From: Candidatus Campbellbacteria bacterium
GTDB taxonomy: Bacteria > Patescibacteriota > Minisyncoccia > Phycocordibacterales > EsbW-18
Reading direction: 5' to 3'
Assembly: GCA_016699465.1 (NCBI GenBank)
Contig: CP064977.1
Location: forward strand, 409,743-473,742
Length of the DNA: 64,000 nucleotides
The notes under the pieces are model-generated. The model saw nothing but the letters and a program-made list of their open reading frames with translations, ran no database searches and was not told the origin of the DNA. Every line of letters starts with the position of its first letter. Positions within the stretch are counted from its first letter, which is position 1. The position numbers and the translations under genes were made by a program. Shown one piece after another: positions 61,740 to 64,000 of the stretch.

Positions 61740-62273
61740 TCACTTGTCTCGTATCTCTTCAAGCATTTTGCGCATTTCATCTGGAATGACGTTTCGTAGT
61801 CCAGGAACCGCAAATGGATTGTCGAGGGTCAGTGCTGTCATCCAGTAGAGAGAGAGCGCAAAGGTGGTACCACCAACATGTTCGATACCACTCCACACAC
61901 TATCAAACGGAAGGAAGATTGTTGCCCCAATAATCAGGCCCGTGAACGCGCCCAGCAGAACACGAACAAACGGCGGAATCTTTTTCTTTAACTCACGATT
62001 GAGTCGCTCAACATCATTGTCGGCAACACATTCATGAATTCGCCCGTCTTCTTCGATAACTCGAATAAGAATGAATCCTGCAACAATTGCGTAGAATGTT
62101 CCAAGCAATGGAATGAGCGAGTTCGTTGTCTCATCACTATCGTTCTTCGACTGATAGTATCCGTGGTTATGTAGCCACAACCACACACTCAAGACAATGA
62201 GAGTAACCAGAAGAGGTTGCGCGAGAATCTTGAAGTGTCTCCACTTCAACCTACCTGTTCCGTTATGTAACAT
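61740..62273 (-). CDS. integral membrane protein (hypothetical)
   Basis: 4-5 TM helices. Confidence 0.4.
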   Translation of the reverse strand: MLHNGTGRLKWRHFKILAQPLLVTLIVLSVWLWLHNHGYYQSKNDSDETTNSLIPLLGTFYAIVAGFILIRVIEEDGRIHECVADNDVERLNRELKKKIPPFVRVLLGAFTGLIIGATIFLPFDSVWSGIEHVGGTTFALSLYWMTALTLDNPFAVPGLRNVIPDEMRKMLEEIRDK

Positions 62274-62336
62274 GCTCCCTCACTTTCTTTGATTGATTGT
62301 TAGAGTTCGGGTGTTTCCATTTCTTTTCTGGTCTAA

Positions 62337-62365
62337 GTTATATATAAAAATATAGCGTTTGTCAA
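62337..62365 (-). promoter_or_regulatory. sigma70-like promoter TTGACA-N17-TATAAC
   Basis: Minus-strand. Conserved ATTATAATGTTGACAAA context. Confidence 0.45.
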
Positions 62366-62456
62366 CATTATAATCTATCCGTTTTTCTTTTGTATATAAA
62401 AACTGCCGGCAAGGGAAACCCTCGCCGGCAGAACTGCTACACCCGATTCTTCATCC

Positions 62457-63029
62457 CTACCTACCCTTGGAAATCTCCACGATGGTTGACGCCGGCCTTT
62501 GGTCGGCTCGTACCCACCCGTTCGCCGTTTTCTTGACGGCGAACGGGAAGGTGGTCACCTTCTGTTCAGTGTAAACAGGGGCAAGGCTACCATCGAAATC
62601 CACACACAAGACGAACGTTCCGTCTGTGTTTTTCGAGCTGAAGAGTCCGTTGGGTTCCGGCTGCTCGATGATGCCGCTCTGCCGATTGTCCTCGTAGGCC
62701 GGCTTGAGCGGGTTCGTCAGTTGGGTATCCACCGGAATGGCGAGCCCAACCGACGGACATTCGAAGAGTAGCTCACCCGTGATCGCAGTGACCACGGTGT
62801 AGGTGCTCCGGTTGCCCGAGACGGTCGCCTTGTAGATCTGGATGAGCACGTCTCGCGGCATCGAGTAATCGAAGAAGGGGATGGGTTGAACCTTAGCGTA
62901 GTGCGCCTGCTGGTCATCCACCACCTTGCGATCCATCCGCTCCTGACCGCCTCCACAGCTTTCGTTGCCGGCGAGAAGGACGAAGAAAAACGGACAGGCG
63001 AGTACAGCGAACAGTCTCTTGATGTTCAT
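62457..63029 (-). CDS. secreted/lipoprotein-like hypothetical protein
   Basis: Signal peptide with a Cys following (LLAGNESC). Confidence 0.4.
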   Translation of the reverse strand: MNIKRLFAVLACPFFFVLLAGNESCGGGQERMDRKVVDDQQAHYAKVQPIPFFDYSMPRDVLIQIYKATVSGNRSTYTVVTAITGELLFECPSVGLAIPVDTQLTNPLKPAYEDNRQSGIIEQPEPNGLFSSKNTDGTFVLCVDFDGSLAPVYTEQKVTTFPFAVKKTANGWVRADQRPASTIVEISKGR

Positions 63030-63050
63030 GTTCTCTCCTTGTGTACGGTT

Positions 63051-63434
63051 CTATGAGACGTTCTGTGCGAGGAACACCGTGATGGAACGCGGAACTTCAC
63101 TTTCCGGAATAAGGTCGGCCTCCGAACGCATCTTGTCGACGAGTGCCTTCTGCTGAGCGCGCTTCGCCGCCATGATCTTGACGCTCATGGAGTCGTCAAT
63201 GCTGGCGGAGAGCGCAATGCACTCCGACTCGAGCTTGAGCCACTCGTTGTGTAGCTCCTGCAGAAGCGAGACCTTAGCCTCGATGTACTGCTGGCTGTGC
63301 TGGACGACCTCCCGCTGAATGTTCATGAGTGGAAGATTCCAGATGCTCAGGTAGGCGCCGAGAACGGCGACGACTGTCGCTGCGAGGAACATCCATACGA
63401 TGAACTTGAGCACGTCCTTCATGGTGTCGAACAT
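63051..63434 (-). CDS. membrane-anchored hypothetical protein
   Basis: RBS GGAGAAGGAAAG. N-terminal TM segment. Helical C-terminal region. Confidence 0.4.
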   Translation of the reverse strand: MFDTMKDVLKFIVWMFLAATVVAVLGAYLSIWNLPLMNIQREVVQHSQQYIEAKVSLLQELHNEWLKLESECIALSASIDDSMSVKIMAAKRAQQKALVDKMRSEADLIPESEVPRSITVFLAQNVS

Positions 63435-63517
63435 GGCTTTCCTTCTCCTTTCTCCCGGAACGGGAGAACTTATGGGTTGGAATGAAATCGGGTTTACAAA
63501 CAACAAAACTGACGACT

Positions 63518-63545
63518 ATTATAGCAAGTATAAAACATTTGTCAA
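63518..63545 (-). promoter_or_regulatory. consensus sigma70 promoter TTGACA-N16-TATAAT
   Basis: Perfect -35 and -10 hexamers on the minus strand, upstream of the 63434 gene. Confidence 0.5.
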
Positions 63546-63617
63546 CCCACCTACGTGTTGTAACTATAACAAAACCACCCCACACATTTCTGTGCGGGGT
63601 GGTTTCAAATAGAGTGT

Positions 63618-64000
63618 TTAGTTAATGTCGGCGTAGAAAGCGAAGCGCGCGTTACCTTTTGAGTCGCGAACCACATGATCTGCATCACGTCCTTGCGCCC
63701 ATGAAGGTGTGTACACAACACTAATCGGTGAATAGAAGTGCAATACATCCTTGGAAAGTGGGCGAAGAACCGGATCGGCAACATACACCGCCTCAGCAAT
63801 TGCCACTGCACTATCCCACGAAGGATTGCTATCCTCAAAATCAAGTGTCGAGTTAATGCTGTACTGAGCATCGTTCTGAGAGAAACCTGAGAACTGACCG
63901 GGTTGCAACACCACTTCCTTATATGTATTAGGGAAGTATTTTGATTCAACGCGGTTACGAATCACCCACGCAACAAGTGTTTGTTCAGAGGGAACCTTTG
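63618..64000 (-). CDS. hypothetical protein, 5' end beyond the window
   Basis: The ORF runs to the window edge. Confidence 0.3.
   Translation of the reverse strand, partial: KVPSEQTLVAWVIRNRVESKYFPNTYKEVVLQPGQFSGFSQNDAQYSINSTLDFEDSNPSWDSAVAIAEAVYVADPVLRPLSKDVLHFYSPISVVYTPSWAQGRDADHVVRDSKGNARFAFYADIN

Overview
This window looks like a low-GC (about 42-46%) bacterial chromosome segment, probably a small-genome or candidate-phyla-type organism. Housekeeping genes present are ileS, argS, glyA, a tmk-dCMP deaminase-thyA-dcd-folA cluster, rplK-nusG-secE, secDF, folD, FtsW/RodA, a cell-envelope glycosyltransferase pair, a type IV pilin-like gene, rpsL-rpsG-fusA, rpmB, and a 23S rRNA with tRNA genes. 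Interleaved are several high-GC (about 60%) islands and one integrative element.

(1) Bases 1-9.7 kb are an integrated element ending in a large serine recombinase whose 3' end overlaps tRNA-Ser(GCU). It carries a CI/Cro-like switch with palindromic operators, an HTH replication-like gene, SppA, a thermonuclease, and a two-gene module. The module is an SMC/Rad50-like ABC ATPase with a CxxC zinc hook (AAA_13/RloC-like) plus a Cas4-like Fe-S PD-(D/E)xK nuclease, a candidate defence or recombination system.

(2) ileS contains an in-frame insertion of a complete histidine-phosphatase (PGAM/SixA-type, RHG...H) domain between the WGTPxP and DLHRPYID/DVWFDSG motifs. I do not know of a described precedent. 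ileS also has a -1 frameshift at a poly-A run, and recO is frameshifted.

(3) Two unrelated GC-rich genes sit upstream of folD, each preceded by a near-identical roughly 120-bp promoter/5'UTR module and followed by a near-identical terminator module.

(4) The 23S rRNA (minus strand, about 3.9 kb) carries intervening-sequence-like insertions built from a palindromic AT-rich repeat family. The same family recurs between rpsG and rpsL, and flanks a stand-alone four-helix-bundle (23S-IVS protein/Avd-like) gene.

(5) GC-rich genes encoding outer-membrane-type proteins (an OMP beta-barrel, a SlyB-like glycine-zipper lipoprotein, an SBP-OmpA fusion within an ABC transporter operon, a TelA-like coiled-coil protein) are inserted between core genes, including inside the str operon between rpsG and fusA. 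They are driven by AT-rich consensus sigma70 promoters and share a leader motif.

No CRISPR array was seen. All functional calls are from motif recognition by eye; no database search was possible.
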